A stretch of 63,996 nucleotides of DNA, the filler included, from Catajapyx aquilonaris (taxonomy: Eukaryota), in assembly GCA_000934665.2 (NCBI GenBank). It is 3 parts of 3 records of this genome, joined end to end, with 100 filler letters (N's around TTAATTAATTAA, not from the genome) between each part and the next. Parts side by side here need not be neighbours in the genome. Positions count along the whole stretch, not along the records: positions 43,394 to 63,996 come from JYFJ02006225.1; 2 more parts are not named here. One strand, given 5' to 3'. Both the position numbers and the translations under genes were made by a program. The notes beneath the pieces were generated by a model that saw nothing but the letters and a program-made list of their open reading frames with translations, had not been told where the DNA came from and made no database searches. Below, in pieces: positions 61,048 to 63,996 of this stretch; within the stretch, counting starts at the first letter, position 1, and each line of letters begins with the position of its first letter.

Positions 61048-62850
61048 TCAATAATTTTTCTTACTATAACGAAATGACTTTACTTGGTACAGCAGTTCAC
61101 AAACGAAAGAAGTGATAGCAATTCCAGCACCTGCAAAGAGCAATTGAAAAGGAGCCTTCAACCGACTAATTTGGAAGCTCTTCGGGCCTGTTTCATCAAT
61201 GGGAGATGGAGCCACTGAATTAAACGCCACCATCTGGTGTACGTATACATATCTATGAAAGGCCATGTCGATAATTCCCTTAAGCAGCCCCATATCAACC
61301 ATTATCAACGTTGCTCTGTTCAGAGACTCGTACATGACTGAGTATTGTCTTATCACTAGGCCGACCAACGCATATGGAAGGTCACTCTCCGACATGTGCA
61401 GCTGGTCACCGGGCATGTCACTGTCGATGTCAAGAAAATACTTCCAGTATCCGTCTTCTATCAAACAGGCGTACTTCTGCGCAAGGGTGGTGGCTATGCA
61501 TTTTTTCAATGAAGCGTAAAAATGTTTAACATCAAATATTTCGATATGTGATGCAATTTCTCTATGAATCAAGCTGGTAGTAGTGTTACGTATTAAATCG
61601 TAGTAATACTGAGAAGAGACTGAGCCCCATTTGTATTTCATGTCCAGCAAGTCCTGCAAAGTGTCCACATTCTTGGCACGTTGGGATGTCAAGTTTCCAA
61701 CCATATCCATCGTGAAGTAATTGGAAAGCAGCAGGCAGAAGTAAAGGTACACGAACACTAGTAATTTGACAGGAGGGGTCATCTTCTTCAATCCTGGACC
61801 TTGTCCCAGGAGAGGAGGAAATGTGTCCAGGAGGAGTGTTTTCATCCACTGGGACAATTTCACCCCTGTGAATCTTCTGTCAGAGGACAACAATATAACA
61901 GTGGTGACCATCACAACAGTAATCAGCAAGAGAAGTGTGACTGTCCACTTAAATGGCATCAGATGCAATGACCATGCAGTGCTAATGACATTTCTCTTTG
62001 TTATGATTAGAATCTTTCTAATTTCGTAAGGATAGGTGAAACCTAGGCCAACCTGCATTGCATACAATGTAATTAATGCCTGTCCATTAAATGAGTATTT
62101 TTCTCGTATATCTGACTTTATGGTCTGGTAATTTAAATATTGCTGAATGACATCATTCATGGGTGTGAAACATCGGCGTATGTGAATTTTTCTTCCGTTG
62201 ATGTTGACAGTGCCAACTGCTGGAAATACCTTTTTCACGGAGGTGACGTTGTTCCGGATAGTGACGGAATAGTTTCCATTGTCGCAAAAGTAACAAGGCG
62301 AGATCAGTCGAAAGCTGGTCTCGCCATTTTCTCTCTCAAACTGGTCGATCCCAATTCGGTTTATCACACACTCCGATTCCCACTCGATCATATCTTTGGT
62401 CATCCCGTCTTTCATGTGATAAACATTAAAATTGCGCAGTCCCCGAGGATACTTTAGTCCCTCATAAAACAAGTCGTAATTCAAATTTCGACTTGTGTTT
62501 GTATCCGAGTAATGAACAGTCACGAAGCACTGTCCCGCCCTCTGCATCACCAGTGGATAGTTGTTCCCTCCCCCGATCCGATGCAAGCTGGAAGCAATGA
62601 CAAGAGACGTGTTGACACTTGTTGTCAGTGGTGACAGTCCAGTTGGCAGCACTGGTTCGTCGTGGAGGATGGCGACGGAGCAGTTGGCCAGCCTGCCATC
62701 CACCTCTTGAATCTTGGTCACTGTTTCGGCGAACAATCTTTCTTCCGAGTCCTCATCAAGGGGAAGGAGACTGACCTTTGCTTGGGCAACACCAGCAGTG
62801 ATGAAGATGAGTATAAACGTGGCACTTGTGTATGACATCATCAGCATCAT
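61048..62850 (-). CDS. Divergent ionotropic receptor IR-7, intronless, 600 aa
   Basis: Same motif order as IR-4 and IR-6, with an uninterrupted ORF. Confidence 0.88.
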   Translation of the reverse strand: MMLMMSYTSATFILIFITAGVAQAKVSLLPLDEDSEERLFAETVTKIQEVDGRLANCSVAILHDEPVLPTGLSPLTTSVNTSLVIASSLHRIGGGNNYPLVMQRAGQCFVTVHYSDTNTSRNLNYDLFYEGLKYPRGLRNFNVYHMKDGMTKDMIEWESECVINRIGIDQFERENGETSFRLISPCYFCDNGNYSVTIRNNVTSVKKVFPAVGTVNINGRKIHIRRCFTPMNDVIQQYLNYQTIKSDIREKYSFNGQALITLYAMQVGLGFTYPYEIRKILIITKRNVISTAWSLHLMPFKWTVTLLLLITVVMVTTVILLSSDRRFTGVKLSQWMKTLLLDTFPPLLGQGPGLKKMTPPVKLLVFVYLYFCLLLSNYFTMDMVGNLTSQRAKNVDTLQDLLDMKYKWGSVSSQYYYDLIRNTTTSLIHREIASHIEIFDVKHFYASLKKCIATTLAQKYACLIEDGYWKYFLDIDSDMPGDQLHMSESDLPYALVGLVIRQYSVMYESLNRATLIMVDMGLLKGIIDMAFHRYVYVHQMVAFNSVAPSPIDETGPKSFQISRLKAPFQLLFAGAGIAITSFVCELLYQVKSFRYSKKNY

Positions 62851-63824
62851 TGCACTTTGGCTGCTGCTTCACTTAACTATGGATATTCAGGCGCAAAGTT
62901 AATCAGGAAACATCAAAACTCCTGATTGCAAGGCTTGATCTATGTCGTGACACTCAATTACAGCAGGATTGTTGTGAATAACTCTTATTAATTCCAATGT
63001 GTCTTTGTTTCACCACCTAAACAGATGTCTTCAACTGTCGCTGATCTATTCAATGCTTATACTGACGAGTTACTTGCAGGCGAATAATGAAGTATTCATT
63101 AATTCATTGATGTGAGATTCTAAGCGGCTGTGCAGGCAATCGGCTTACTAAAGTCATACACATTGAGATATTCTATTCTCTAGGAGATAATTACACGGTT
63201 AGCAGTAGTTGTCATGTGTAGCTCTGTTGATTAAGAATTCAGCAGCGCCCACATTGGACAAAGGGGGGCGTCACACCACCTGAAATTCCAACGTTCCTCT
63301 GTTCAGAGACTTCTGAATGATTCAGTACTGTCATTGGTTAATTACAAGCATTTCATGTAACCACCTGCTGCACAGTGCACACAGAAATAGGGTCGATGAT
63401 TGTGCTGTGGAGTGTGGAGGCTCAGATGTGCCAGATATATTTTTACAGATGTAACTGTACTGTTCACAGTTGCAGTAAATTAGTGACGATAGAATTGAGC
63501 TATGGGTAACTATATTATCACTGCATAGCGACATTATTGATGTTAAAATCAATGTCTTTATTATATACCAGAAATTGATTATTGCTTTGTAGCACAGGTT
63601 ACTGAATATACTTGATCCATTTTTCATGTCTTTGTTACATTGATAAATGCATTGTATTTTAGCACCTTATTTTCAAACTTTTAGGCTGGCACACCTACTA
63701 AAGAAAAAATGTCAAAATGTCAGGAATTTATTACATTGTTGCAATGAAAGCAGTAAATTTTAATACACTACACTGGTAGAGACGAATAATCGGGATGAAC
63801 CACTTTCCTATCGTCGTCTGACAT

Positions 63825-63981
63825 TTAATATCCGCACTCCTGTAATGCAATAAAAATATAATGCAATGAACTGCATGATGGACGTCCGACATTTAGTGGA
63901 CACTTCATACCTGTCGAAAAGCCATAGATGCGCACGCAAGTTGTCTGGACACATTGCACTGATCCATTGTCCAGCCACCTC
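63825..63981 (-). CDS. OBP-like protein (copy C), last two exons; 5' part lies beyond the window
   Basis: Exon 63981-63911 (phase 1) encodes GGWTMDQCNVSRQLACASMAFRQ, and exon 63839-63825 encodes ECGY*. These match exons 5-6 of copies A and B in phase and Cys spacing. Confidence 0.75.
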
Positions 63982-63996
63982 CTGCATTAATATTTT

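Noticed and set aside
46792..62457. Plus-strand ORFs repeated across the IR cluster (e.g. MTGGVISFSPGPCPRRGG)
   Set aside because: They are antisense shadows of the conserved IR coding blocks.
30541..62850. RAG-like recombinase acting on the receptor array as a diversification system
   Set aside because: The two lie on different contigs separated by an artificial linker, the transposase is frameshifted, and I noticed no RSS-like signals around the IR genes.

Overview
Invertebrate (probably arthropod) genomic DNA. It consists of three contigs (1-21631, 21732-43293, 43394-63996) joined by artificial 100-bp N44-TTAATTAATTAA-N44 linkers, so adjacency across the gaps is not biological. Contig 1 is essentially non-coding and carries one tRNA-Ala(CGC). 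Contig 2 is a DNA-transposon nest. It holds a complete but frameshifted Transib (RAG1-related) element with CGACG TSD and TIRs shaped like 23-RSS signals, a decayed CACTA/EnSpm element with a transposase and a spliced SAM-domain gene, a Sola2-like foldback element nested in a Harbinger MITE, other MITEs and a Helitron end. Contig 3 is a minus-strand chemosensory cluster of seven intronless divergent ionotropic-receptor (IR) copies (4 intact, 3 broken). These are interleaved with small six-exon secreted cysteine-rich odorant-binding-protein-like genes that the ORF track misses (2 complete, 1 partial, 1 fragment). The IR/OBP-like interleaving, and the atypical Cys spacing of these OBP-like proteins, is the most interesting signal. 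All family assignments come from motif recognition by eye; no database search was run.
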